64,000 nt of DNA from an uncultured Nitrospirota bacterium (GTDB taxonomy: Bacteria > Nitrospirota > Nitrospiria > JACRHA01), in contig CAYZUL010000005.1 in NCBI GenBank assembly GCA_964481895.1, forward strand, positions 942 to 64,941, read 5' to 3'. This document shows positions 8,730 through 20,100 of this stretch, piece after piece. Numbering within the stretch: position 1 is the first letter of the stretch; each line of letters opens with the position of its first letter. The notes beneath the pieces are model-generated. The model had not been told where the DNA came from, did not search any database, and saw only the letters and a list, made by a program, of their open reading frames with translations. A program made the translations under genes and the position numbers.

Positions 8730-10970
8730 CTAAGGGTCAATATCCAGGTCAATTCTGATCCCGGAGGTGGATACCTCCGTATTTAGCTCTTCTATTGATC
8801 TCTTGATGATTTCCTGCACGGGGCGGTCTCCTTTTATGATCATCTGCCATCTGTGCCTTCCCCTTAGTGTTTCAGGATACCCCCTGGCCGGCCCAAGTAA
8901 TTCTGTTCCCTTGGCAAGATTCCTGTGCAGGATCTTGCCAAGCCTTTGCGATCTATCCGCGCATCTGTCCAGGTTGCTACCCTCTATCGTTATTATGGCC
9001 ATCGACGAGAAGGGGGGATACTCTAGTTCTTTCCGAAACCCGATTTCCTTCAGGTAAAACCGGTCAAGTCCCATATTTGATGGGTCAGATACTGCCTCTA
9101 TCGCATGGTGGCTGGGGTTATGGGTCTGGATAATCACCTCACCTTTCCCTGCCAGATCGATCAGCCCACGCAAGAGTTTGTATACCCTGTGGGATATGCG
9201 AAAATCAGGAAGGTGTAGACCTGTATCTGCCGAGACAACCCCAACCAATGCAAAGGGACGGTTGCCGGGACTTCTGAGCACGATATCCGTCCCTATGAGA
9301 ATCTCGCCGCCATTGGTATTGGACTCAACATTTGCATTTCCCTCTTTTTTTGTATCGCTATCCAGCCTTACCCTCCTTACATCCGGGAATTTCTTCCGGA
9401 TCTCCTCCTCCACCCGCTCTGTGCCGATACCGACTTCCCTCAATCTGCTTGACCCGCAATCAGTGCATGTATCAGGGACTCCTGCGGATTTATTGCAATA
9501 ATGACAGGAGAGTCTTTTTAAGCCTTTATAGTATGTCATGGATAGGGCGCAGTCCGGGCATCTGAAGGTATAGCCGCAATCCTGACATATAATGCTATTG
9601 GAAAACCCTCTCTTGTTGACAAAAAGAAGCACCCGGTCTCCCTTTGAAATCCTGTTGGCTATTGAAGAATTAAGCTGATCGGAAAGGATGGTCCTCCCAT
9701 TGGCACCCCTCATATCGACAGTCTTTATTGATGCAACATCTCTTACAATATTTTCATCTCCATTACTGTCATCAACCAGGGTTCTGAGCTTGTATATCCC
9801 TGTCTGTCCGTGGTAGAAGTCCTCCACAGACGGCGCGGATGAACCCAGTATTACAGGGATGTTTAATCTCTCTCCTCTCTTTAAGGCAACTCCTTTTGCG
9901 TTATACCGGAGTCCTTTGTCCTGTTTGTAGGATGGGTCATCTTCCTCGTCCACTATTATCATGCCTGGCAGATCAATGGGGGCAAATATGGCAGACCTGG
10001 TTCCGACAATTATGTCTATCTTCCCTTCCCTTATCCGTGAGAGGATGTCAAACCTCCTGCCTTCTGAGATGCGGCTATGAAGAAGGCCTACCCTTCCACT
10101 GAATGTATCCTCCAGGCTTTTTATCAGGAATAAATTTGGTGATATTTCAGGTATCAATAGCAGGACCCCCTTTCCCCTTTCTATGCACAGAGAAATAAGG
10201 TGAAGGTAGATCCTATGCCTTGTATCCTTATTTATGCCGGCAAGGAGGTAAGGGGTATAAATACCCTTATTTATGAGGTCTTTGACCTCATTTACCAGGT
10301 CCGCTTCCCCTCCGTAAAGAGATGGGAGGCTTGCCGGATGCCTGATGTCACTGGCTGTTTTTTTCTTTTTTCTGGAAGGATCCCTTTTCCCGATTATCCG
10401 GATATCTTCATCCAGTATCCCATCCCTCTTCATATTTGACAGTATCTGGGTAAGGCGGCTTTCATTAAAATCAATGTCAATATCTCTTGAAAGTTCCGAT
10501 AACGTCACCCAATCGGACTTACCCTTAAGGACCGATAAGATCCTGCCCTTAGTGCTGTTAGGATTTGCCTTGATCTTGGTGTCCTGATTTTTTAGCTTGA
10601 AATACTCCCTGGTCTTAATATTATTACCTCCTGGTATGGCTGCCCTTATCATCAGACCTAATGGCTGCATATAGTATTCGGAGGCCCATCTCGCAAGTTC
10701 CAATATCTCGTTATTTGTAATAGGTATATCATCAAGGGCTTCAATTATCTCTTTCAGGTTATGGGATCCGTCTTGTACTGATATCCCTATCAGGTAACCG
10801 GTGATCTTTGACCTTCCAAGAGGGACGAGGAGCCTCATTCCAGGTGAGAGCCTTCCGACAAGCCGCTCCGGGATTGCATAGTTGAGGACCTTGTCAAGCC
10901 TCCTTGGTATAGCTACCAGGGCTATTCTTCCCTTTGAGGTGTCGGAAGGAATTTTCACACTTGAAGACAT
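8730..10970 (-). CDS. priA: Primosomal protein N' (replication restart helicase PriA)
   Basis: 746 aa; helicase motifs (LLHGVTGSGKT-like, DEEHD box) and the Cys-rich zinc region CQDCGYTFRCPDCALSMTYY...CHYCN...CTDCGS. Confidence 0.9.
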   Translation of the reverse strand: MSSSVKIPSDTSKGRIALVAIPRRLDKVLNYAIPERLVGRLSPGMRLLVPLGRSKITGYLIGISVQDGSHNLKEIIEALDDIPITNNEILELARWASEYYMQPLGLMIRAAIPGGNNIKTREYFKLKNQDTKIKANPNSTKGRILSVLKGKSDWVTLSELSRDIDIDFNESRLTQILSNMKRDGILDEDIRIIGKRDPSRKKKKTASDIRHPASLPSLYGGEADLVNEVKDLINKGIYTPYLLAGINKDTRHRIYLHLISLCIERGKGVLLLIPEISPNLFLIKSLEDTFSGRVGLLHSRISEGRRFDILSRIREGKIDIIVGTRSAIFAPIDLPGMIIVDEEDDPSYKQDKGLRYNAKGVALKRGERLNIPVILGSSAPSVEDFYHGQTGIYKLRTLVDDSNGDENIVRDVASIKTVDMRGANGRTILSDQLNSSIANRISKGDRVLLFVNKRGFSNSIICQDCGYTFRCPDCALSMTYYKGLKRLSCHYCNKSAGVPDTCTDCGSSRLREVGIGTERVEEEIRKKFPDVRRVRLDSDTKKEGNANVESNTNGGEILIGTDIVLRSPGNRPFALVGVVSADTGLHLPDFRISHRVYKLLRGLIDLAGKGEVIIQTHNPSHHAIEAVSDPSNMGLDRFYLKEIGFRKELEYPPFSSMAIITIEGSNLDRCADRSQRLGKILHRNLAKGTELLGPARGYPETLRGRHRWQMIIKGDRPVQEIIKRSIEELNTEVSTSGIRIDLDIDP

Positions 10971-11120
10971 GAATCGATTCTATCAGGTAAAGATCGGACA
11001 TGACAATAAGAAAGATATCCTTTGACTTTTATATAGGCGTATATATAATAATCAAACTAATACACAGCGACATAAATAGCATCATGATTATACCCCATCC
11101 CCACCAACGCCCCCTCTCCA

Positions 11121-11160
11121 TCAGGGAGAGGGCTGGGGTGAGGGCTGGGGTGAGGGCGGG
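11121..11160. repeat. G-rich tandem repeat (GAGGGCTGGGGT x about 2.7), candidate G-quadruplex
   Basis: gggagagggctggggtgagggctggggtgagggcggg lies in the priA/bluB divergent intergenic region; seven G-runs of 3 or more on the + strand. Confidence 0.5.
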
Positions 11161-11212
11161 TCAATTCGGATTTATGTCGTTATGTATAATACTGAATAAA
11201 TATAATAACTAA

Positions 11213-11983
<771 letters not shown>

Positions 11984-12001
11984 AGGTTTGGCGTATGACC
12001 A

Positions 12002-13069
12002 ATGGCGGAGATCACAACGGAGCAGGGTGCAATGAATGAGACCCTAAAGATAACGAGTTTGATTTTACCTTTGGCACTGATCGCAGGCGGATATCTCATC
12101 GGGATAATCTTTGAGAAGGTTATATTAAACAAACTAAGAAAGATAGCTGTAAAAACAGAATGGGAGGGCTATGAGATTATAGTCTCAGCCCTTTCACGAA
12201 TGATGATCCTCTGGTTTGTCATTGCAGGTATCTATGGGGCCGTAATCAATATCCCAATGAGAGCAACCTACTTAGGTATCCTTCAGAAGACCCTCATTGT
12301 GATCATCATATTTTCAGTTACTGTAGTTCTGGCAAGGATTTCAGTTAGTTTCGTTAGTCTGTATGCAACCCGAGTGAAGGGTGTATTGCCTTCAACATCA
12401 ATCTTTGTAAATTTAACTAAACTTCTGGTCTTTCTTGTTGGTGTTCTGATCATACTTCAGACTCTCGGTATCTCCGTTACCCCTATTCTGACTGCCCTGG
12501 GGATCGGCGGTCTTGCTGTTGCCCTTGCCCTTCAGGATACGCTTTCCAATCTATTCTCCGGCTTGCATATAATAGTCTCAAGACAGGTAAGACCGGGAGA
12601 TTATGTAAGGCTTGACAGCGGTGAAGAAGGTTATGTCGCAGATATAACATGGCGAAATACGACCATCAGGACACTCCCGAATAATATGGTAGTCGTCCCT
12701 AATTCAAAGATGGCATCTTCCGTAGTTACAAACTTTTTCCTTCCGGAAAAAGAGATGGCCCTCTCTATTGAGGTCGGTGTAAGCTATGAATGCGATCTTG
12801 ATAAGGCAGAGCAGGTAACGACTGAGATAGCAAAAGAGGTTATGAAAAAGGTATTGGGTGGCGTTCCCCAATTTGAGCCATTTGTCAGATATCATTCATT
12901 TGGCGACTACGCCGTGAAATTTACTGTAATCCTGCGTGCAAGGGAGTTCACTGACCAGAACCTGATTAAGCATGAATTCATAAAAAGACTCCATGAGCGG
13001 TACAGGAAAGAGGGGATTAAGATCCCATTCCCGACCCGGACTGTATATATGAAGGGAAGGGAAGATTAA
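12002..13069 (+). CDS. Small-conductance mechanosensitive channel (MscS family)
   Basis: 355 aa; N-terminal TM helices and the MscS pore-helix region ALALQDTLSNLFSGLHIIVSRQVRPGDYV. Confidence 0.8.
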   Translation: MAEITTEQGAMNETLKITSLILPLALIAGGYLIGIIFEKVILNKLRKIAVKTEWEGYEIIVSALSRMMILWFVIAGIYGAVINIPMRATYLGILQKTLIVIIIFSVTVVLARISVSFVSLYATRVKGVLPSTSIFVNLTKLLVFLVGVLIILQTLGISVTPILTALGIGGLAVALALQDTLSNLFSGLHIIVSRQVRPGDYVRLDSGEEGYVADITWRNTTIRTLPNNMVVVPNSKMASSVVTNFFLPEKEMALSIEVGVSYECDLDKAEQVTTEIAKEVMKKVLGGVPQFEPFVRYHSFGDYAVKFTVILRAREFTDQNLIKHEFIKRLHERYRKEGIKIPFPTRTVYMKGRED

Positions 13070-13076
13070 CTACCCA

Positions 13077-15671
13077 TCAGTCCCCTTTAACACCAAGTTC
13101 AAGCCATCCTTTGACTTCTGACCCAGGGATCGGCCGGCTTATAAAATATCCCTGGGCCATATCGCACCTAAGAAGGCCAAGCCTCTTCATTATCTCTTTA
13201 TTTTCTACACCCTCGGCTACGACCTTAAGACGGAGACTATGGGCAAGCTCTATTATTGAATGGACTATGGCAATGCTGTGTTCATCTTCCATCATATTTA
13301 TGACAAAAGATTTATCTATTTTAATTTCGTCAACCGGTAATTTTTGAAGATAGCCAAGCGAAGAGTAACCGGTGCCGAAGTCATCGATAGAAAAATGTAT
13401 ATCTATTGCGGCCAGCTGTGCCAGTATATCCATAGAACGTTCAGGATCTCTCATTATGGTACTTTCAGTTAATTCAAGCCTTAAATTATCCGGAGTCACG
13501 CTGGAGGTGGAGAGCAGTACCTTTATCTGTTCCAATAGTTCCGGAACCTGGAGGTTTTGCATCGAGAGGTTCACAGCCACGCAGACCTGAAGGCCTTCCT
13601 GCTTCCAGGCATGGGATTGTCTTAGCGCCTCTTTTATTACCCATAGGGTGAGATCCTTTATCAGACCTGTATGTTCGGCAAGCGCTATAAACTGATTAGG
13701 CGGAATAACCCCAAGTCTTGGGTGTTGCCAACGGACAAGTGCCTCGACACCCACGGGACTGCCGGTTTTGAGGTCTATCTTTGGCTGATAGAGGAGGAAC
13801 ATCTGGTCAGAGTCTATGGAGTGTCTGAGCTCACCTATAAGTGCAAGACGTTCCGGGCTGTACTGGTTATACTGGGGTGAGTAGATGGTCAGTCCGCTTT
13901 TTGTATTTTTTGCCCTATACATGGCCATATCTGCATATTGCATCAGGGTATTGGCATCATCACCGTATCCGGGAAAGGGTACCATGCCGATGCTTGCGTT
14001 GACATTTATCGCTATCCCTTCCAGGGTAAAAGGTTCTTTTAAGCTTTTCATGAAACTGTCTGCTATTCTATTTGCGTTTTCTGCATCTGTATCAGGCAGG
14101 ATCACCGCAAACTCGTCCCCGCCAGTCCGTGCTAATATAGCAGTTTCAGGCAGGGCATTCCGAAGACGAGCCCCTGCCTGCTTTAGTATGATGTCACCGC
14201 TATGGTGGCCAAGGGTATTGTTGATCTCTTTGAAACGGTCCAGGTCCATAACAAGCAGGACAAGGGGTCTATTTGCGGACTTTGCCTCAAATATGGCCTG
14301 TTGCAGGCGGTCATGGAGCAGCGTCCGGTTAGGAAGGCCTGTCAGGACATCATAATACGCCAGATGCTGGATCATCTCTTCTTCGTGTTTGCGTTCAGTG
14401 ATGTCGCGGGCTATTCCTATAACACCTATTACCTTCCCTTCGTGATTCCGGAATGGTCCTTTTGTAGTGAGGTATGTGTGCTTAATGCCAGTAGCTGCCA
14501 CGAGATCTTCTTCGTATGTCCTCGTCACTCCTGAATCTATAATGCTCCTGTCGCCCTCCATAATTTGCCGGGCTGCCTCAGGGACAAATAATTGGGAATC
14601 ATCTTTGCCTATCACCTCTTCCTTTGTCTTTCCAATGAGACGGGCGCCAGGATCGTTGATCAGTAAATAGCGGCCACGAAGGTCCTTTACAAAAATAGCA
14701 TCGATTATCTCGTCAATTACTGTATGCAGGAGATTATAGCTTGTCTTTAGTTCCTCCTCTGCCTGCCTTCGTTCAGTGATGTCGCGAAAGATCTCAAGCT
14801 TGGATATACTACCGTCATAATTATGCAATGGGGTGTCCAACAAGTCATATGTCTTATTGTTTTTAGCGGAATACCATTCCCATCTCACGGTCTTTCCTAC
14901 AAAGACATCAAGGTTCTTGCACCATGAACAAACCTTATCCCTGCCATGAAAATATTCATAGCATTTCCGCCCTTCCACAGGACCAAACTCCCTTTCAATA
15001 ACAGGGTTGATATATTCTATGTCATAAGCCTGGCTTACAATATATACACCATCCTCCATGGATTGCAGGATATTGATGAGCTTGTCCCGCTCCGCCTTCA
15101 CCGCCCCTTCGGCCTTTACGGTCTGGATGACATGGGCAGTTATGCCGGCAAGGCCCTCCAGCATGGCATCCTCTTCAGGGGTGATAGATTGCTTTGAGAA
15201 GAGCGCAAGAACACCTATAGGTTCGCCATCGGTATCTTGAAGCTTATACCCGGCAAATGAGACAAGGCCAAGTCCCCTGGCCCATTCATGATCCATGATC
15301 TGCGGATCATTTACTGCATCGTTGGTGAGGAATTTGCTTATCTTTCCGGCGGCTACCCGACCCAGCTTATACATGCCAAATGGCATCCGGCTATGAGGGC
15401 CCTCTATATGTGTATAGCGGCCGGAGCTTGCGATAAGGTGAAGGCAACGTTCTCGCAAGCGGCATATCTTATCATTTTCCTTGGCCTTGGCGTGAATACA
15501 GACGGAATCGCAGCGGTCCCCAGGCATGCTAAGCCATATACGACAAAAATCGGCATTAAAGATCTCTACAACACCATCCGTGATCTTTTTGAGCTTTTCA
15601 TCGAGACGCCCAGGGCCAAGCAAGGCCTTTTGAAGTTGGTTGAGTCTTTGCAGGCGATCAGCATTAGGCAT
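13077..15671 (-). CDS. Multidomain c-di-GMP signalling protein (GAF/PAS sensors + GGDEF + EAL)
   Basis: 864 aa; GGDEF core RTGGDEFAVILP, EAL motif EALVRWQHP, and the upstream PAS-like block with FRDITERRQAEEEL. Confidence 0.85.
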   Translation of the reverse strand: MPNADRLQRLNQLQKALLGPGRLDEKLKKITDGVVEIFNADFCRIWLSMPGDRCDSVCIHAKAKENDKICRLRERCLHLIASSGRYTHIEGPHSRMPFGMYKLGRVAAGKISKFLTNDAVNDPQIMDHEWARGLGLVSFAGYKLQDTDGEPIGVLALFSKQSITPEEDAMLEGLAGITAHVIQTVKAEGAVKAERDKLINILQSMEDGVYIVSQAYDIEYINPVIEREFGPVEGRKCYEYFHGRDKVCSWCKNLDVFVGKTVRWEWYSAKNNKTYDLLDTPLHNYDGSISKLEIFRDITERRQAEEELKTSYNLLHTVIDEIIDAIFVKDLRGRYLLINDPGARLIGKTKEEVIGKDDSQLFVPEAARQIMEGDRSIIDSGVTRTYEEDLVAATGIKHTYLTTKGPFRNHEGKVIGVIGIARDITERKHEEEMIQHLAYYDVLTGLPNRTLLHDRLQQAIFEAKSANRPLVLLVMDLDRFKEINNTLGHHSGDIILKQAGARLRNALPETAILARTGGDEFAVILPDTDAENANRIADSFMKSLKEPFTLEGIAINVNASIGMVPFPGYGDDANTLMQYADMAMYRAKNTKSGLTIYSPQYNQYSPERLALIGELRHSIDSDQMFLLYQPKIDLKTGSPVGVEALVRWQHPRLGVIPPNQFIALAEHTGLIKDLTLWVIKEALRQSHAWKQEGLQVCVAVNLSMQNLQVPELLEQIKVLLSTSSVTPDNLRLELTESTIMRDPERSMDILAQLAAIDIHFSIDDFGTGYSSLGYLQKLPVDEIKIDKSFVINMMEDEHSIAIVHSIIELAHSLRLKVVAEGVENKEIMKRLGLLRCDMAQGYFISRPIPGSEVKGWLELGVKGD

Positions 15672-15741
15672 AACGCTTCATTTTCCTTAATAAACCTAGG
15701 GATTAAGTCACCCATAATTGTTTATTATAACATAAAATCGA

Positions 15742-16926
15742 TCAATTTACAGTTCTATTGATACAGGAGAGGAACTCTATGGCTATTTGATCAGCAAGAA
15801 GGATCCCTTTACGGGTAAGTCTTATCCTGCCTGAAGAAAGCGTTATTATGTCTGCGGTGATTAACGTATCTATCTCTTTTCTGAATATCAATAACGGATC
15901 AACATTAAAGCGGCTCCTTATATCATACAGGTCTATCCCCTCTGTCTTTCTAAGCCCAAAGATGATGGCATCTGTCAACTGATCCTCCCTTGTGAGTATC
16001 TCCGCGCTGTTATCCGGACATCCTGAATCAATCAGGCTTATATATTCTTCTATGGAATCTGTGTTGCAGAATCTCCTGTTATTGATATATGAGTGAGCCC
16101 CGGCGCCTATGGCAAGATATTCGTCTCTATCCCAATAGAGCAGATTATGTCTGCTTGATCTGCCAGGGAGGCAGAAATTGGAGATCTCATAATGGAAATA
16201 GCCGGCCCCTTCTAACATTCCGGCGGCAGTCAGATACATCTCGATCTGACTTTCCTCGGATAACGGACTGATCTGACCCTTTTTGAGGCGGTCATAAAGG
16301 AGAGTACCTTCATCAATTGTAAGACAATATATAGAGATATGTTCAGGGGAAAGGGAGATTGCCTCCTCGACTGTTAAAAGCCATTCATTGATCTGCTGGT
16401 CCGGGAGGGCATATATAAGATCAAGGCCGATGTTTTTAAACCCTGTTGACCTGCAGGCCTTAAAGATGCAGCGCGCTTTATCAGCATCATGACTCCTGCC
16501 GAGAAGATTAAGGTATCTGTCAGAAAAGGACTGGACACCAAGGCTTATCCTGTTTATACCTATACGGATCAGGCCATCCAGTTTTTCCCTGTCCAGCGAA
16601 TCAGGATTGGCCTCTATAGTTATCTCGATCCCATCTTCCAGATAAAAAATTCTGCCGCATACATCGATTATATCTTTAATAACTGAGGGAGGAAGAATTG
16701 AAGGTGTACCTCCGCCGAAATATATGGTCTTGAGAGAACGGCCTTCAAGCCTGTATTCCCGGGCCCTTATAACTATCTCCCTTCTGATCGCGTCTATATA
16801 TCTCCGGGCCGAATCAGGGTTGTATGGAACAGAGTTGAATGAACAATAGAGGCACTTGCTAAGGCAGAAGGGAAAATGGATGTATAGACCAATAGTCTTT
16901 GTAGGGGCTCGCTGGTTTTTATACAT
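15742..16926 (-). CDS. hemW: Radical SAM heme chaperone HemW / oxygen-independent coproporphyrinogen-III oxidase-like
   Basis: 394 aa; N-terminal radical SAM CxxxCxxC (FCLSKCLYCSF) and a HemN-like C-terminal domain. Confidence 0.8.
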   Translation of the reverse strand: MYKNQRAPTKTIGLYIHFPFCLSKCLYCSFNSVPYNPDSARRYIDAIRREIVIRAREYRLEGRSLKTIYFGGGTPSILPPSVIKDIIDVCGRIFYLEDGIEITIEANPDSLDREKLDGLIRIGINRISLGVQSFSDRYLNLLGRSHDADKARCIFKACRSTGFKNIGLDLIYALPDQQINEWLLTVEEAISLSPEHISIYCLTIDEGTLLYDRLKKGQISPLSEESQIEMYLTAAGMLEGAGYFHYEISNFCLPGRSSRHNLLYWDRDEYLAIGAGAHSYINNRRFCNTDSIEEYISLIDSGCPDNSAEILTREDQLTDAIIFGLRKTEGIDLYDIRSRFNVDPLLIFRKEIDTLITADIITLSSGRIRLTRKGILLADQIAIEFLSCINRTVN

Positions 16927-17108
16927 ATCTGTTTAATTATACTACAGAATGGGATTTAATATCGGTACTCCCAACCATTTTTGTGCTATCATGAAATTCA
17001 ATCGGAATGACTTATTCTCCTTGACTAGATGAGAGGCCAGAAGGTAAGATTATACATTCAATGTGTTACACCCTTCCAGAAGGTGCCTTTTATAATTGAC
17101 AATAAAAA

Positions 17109-20100
17109 ATGGATAACATGGACAATAAAGAGCAATATAAATCCTTTTTAAAGGAGCATTATCCCTTTAATTTAATTCCTGATCAAATTGTTAATGATCT
17201 GATCTCCTGCATCAAGGAAGAGCATTATGGCACAGGCCAGACTATTTACCGAAAGGGTGAAGATGGGGGCATCTTTAGTATTATCCGTACTGGTGAGGTG
17301 TACGAATTAATTACGGACAAGAATGGGGAGGAGATTATCGTTTCGCTTCTCCGCGAGGGGAACTGTTTTGGCGCGATATCTGTATTAACAGGCGAGCCCC
17401 ATTCAGTAACAACAAGGGCAAAGGGGGATGTGGAGCTATTTGTCATAGAAAGGGGGGATCTGGAGGCATTGCTCTCCCGCCATCCCTCCCTCAATAAATA
17501 TCTGACACGGATCCTCACTGAGAAGATAAGAAACCTATTCCTCTTCTTTGAGACAGAAGGGATAAGGGTATTTGAAAAGGCAAGGAGCATAGATGAGAAG
17601 GAGAGGGAGATCTCATTTCTCAACAGGATTACCAACCTGATCGGTTCTAAGGAGGATTATGAAAAGCTCCTTGATACCATAGTCAGCGAGGTCCGGGGAT
17701 ACACGGGTGCAGATGTATGCTCTGTCTATCTGCTGGATCCGATAACAAACGAACTGATTCTGGAGGCGGCAGACGGTGTAGGGGAGGGGATGGTAAGAAA
17801 GATAAAGATGGATCTCTCCCAGGGGATCACCGGATGGGTTATCCGGAATAGCGAGCCCGTTGCAGTATATGATATCCATAAGGATCCCAGGGTGCATATT
17901 ATCTCTGATATCCAGGAGGATAGGTTAAAGTCGCTTTTATCCCTGCCTCTTGTCATAAGGGGGAAAAGCATAGGCGCACTCAACCTGGCTAATGTGAACT
18001 ATAGGGACTATTCATATAATGATATTCAGAGCATGGGGATTATTGCCAATCATATAGCCATGGCTATCTCAAATTTCAGATTGCGGAAGAGGATATTTGC
18101 CGCCACTGGAGTTTCAAGTTCACGATTGGGCGGGCTGGATCATTTTGTCGGTGAAACAAGTTATGTGAGGGGCATAAACAGATTTATAGATCTGAATGCA
18201 CAGTATGACGGGCATGTCCTCTTAAAAGGAGAAGAGGGGACGGGGAAGCATCTCCTGGCATCGCTGATTCATAGAAGGAGCAGGCGGGCAAAGGGGGCTT
18301 TTATAACAGTAGACTGCGAATCAATCCGAAAGGAATCGTGGGGAGAAGAGCTCTTTGGTGATGACCGGGATCCATCATCGGGTGAGATTTCGTTCGGGTT
18401 TCTTGAACTGGCCCATGGCGGGACTATCCTCTTGAGAAATATAGAGTCGCTTAATCAGGCGAATCAGATAGCCATCTACAAGTTCCTGAACGACGGGCGG
18501 TTTGTCCGGGTGCACGGACACGATACGATCTACTCAAACACCAGGGTTATTGCCACTGTTAATGGAGACACAAAGACTGATGACAGGATAGATCTGAACA
18601 AGGAACTTTATGATCTTCTATCAGCAAACTCATTTTCTATGGTACCCCTCAGGAAGATGCGTAAGGACATACCTGTTCTTTCCACACACCTCTTAAAAAA
18701 TATCAATGACGAACTCCATAAAGGGATCATGGAGATATCAGGGAACGCCATGGAGAGACTTTTGAGCTATGACTGGCCGGGGAATGTTCTTGAGCTTGAG
18801 AACGTCTTGAGAAGGGCGGTAATCCTTGCCAATGAGGGAACGATACTCTCCAATCAGATATTTTTCGGCATCCCCAGGATAGAGAAGAGATGGGAGTTTA
18901 ATCTGTTTTCAATAGAACCAATAAAAAGATTTTTCTACACAACTCGCCTTCAAAAGGGGGTCCAGGTCGCAGCCATAATAATCATGTTTTTTGTAATCTA
19001 CTCCCTCATCTCGCATAAAGGGACTGGATATAGTCTCACAAATATCATGCTATGGTCTTTCGGTTGGTTCGGCCTTTTTGTCTCTGCCTTCTCTATCGGG
19101 AGGATATGGTGCGCTGTGTGTCCATTTTCAAGTTTCGGGGAATTTCTTAAAAGGATAAAGCAGAAGAAGATTCCGATCCCAAGCGATGCGGGCAAAAGGA
19201 GCGAGAAATACCTTGTCGGACTGATACTCCTTGTGCTTTTTGCAGAGGGTATCACTGTGATGCCTGCCGTTCCATTCTATACAGGACTGCTTATACTATT
19301 TATACTGATCGGGGCCATAGTATCTTCAATCCTTTATGATAAGAGGGTCTGGTGCCGGTACCTATGCCCGCTTGGCGGATTATTAGGGATCTACTCCCTT
19401 GCGTCCTTTGTAACGATAAAGGCTAACAGAAAGCTCTGTTTGAGTCAGTGCACGACACATGAATGTTATCTCGGCAGGGATGGGATGGAGGGGTGTCCAA
19501 TGCTCCTTCACCCCTATGGTGTTGAAAACAGCCAGAACTGCACCCTTTGCGGCAGTTGCGTCAGGGCATGCGGGCACAACTCGCTTCGCCTTTCCCTCCA
19601 CCTCCCGACTACGGGGGTAGAGGATATAGATATATTCAGCCTCCCCTTTTCATTTCTTGCCTCTGCCCTGGCAGGAATTTTATTGGTAGAGAACGGCTCC
19701 ATACTTTCAAGGACGTCATCCTTGTTTAGATACATAAATGATATAATAAAGATAGATCCAAACATCCTCTATGCAATAGTTTTCATTGGAGTAATGACTC
19801 TCCCTTTTCTGTTAATTATCTCCTTAGACCTATTGATGAACAGATGGTCTAAAGAGGGGATAAAGGAGTACCTTGCCAATCTGCCTTACTCTTTCATGCC
19901 TCTTGCTTTGCTTGGGCATATAGCCCTCTATGGGAAGGAGCTTATCTTAGATCTGCCAAAGATTGGTAATATTGTCATGGAAAGGATAGGGATTACGATG
20001 ATATTCCCGCCTGTAGGCGTAAAAGGTCAGACATGGGTGGAGATATTGCAGGTACTCCTTGTTGTCTTTGGTGCGGCAGAGAGTATATACCTTCTTTTCA

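Noticed and set aside
11000-11212. 70-aa ORF in the priA-bluB intergenic region
   Set aside because: It spans an AT-rich promoter region plus the G-rich repeat; it has no RBS and a low-complexity translation (RAGVRAGVRAG).
13885-14355. Several 60-160-aa + strand ORFs inside the GGDEF-EAL gene
   Set aside because: They are antisense to a well-supported 864-aa signalling protein.
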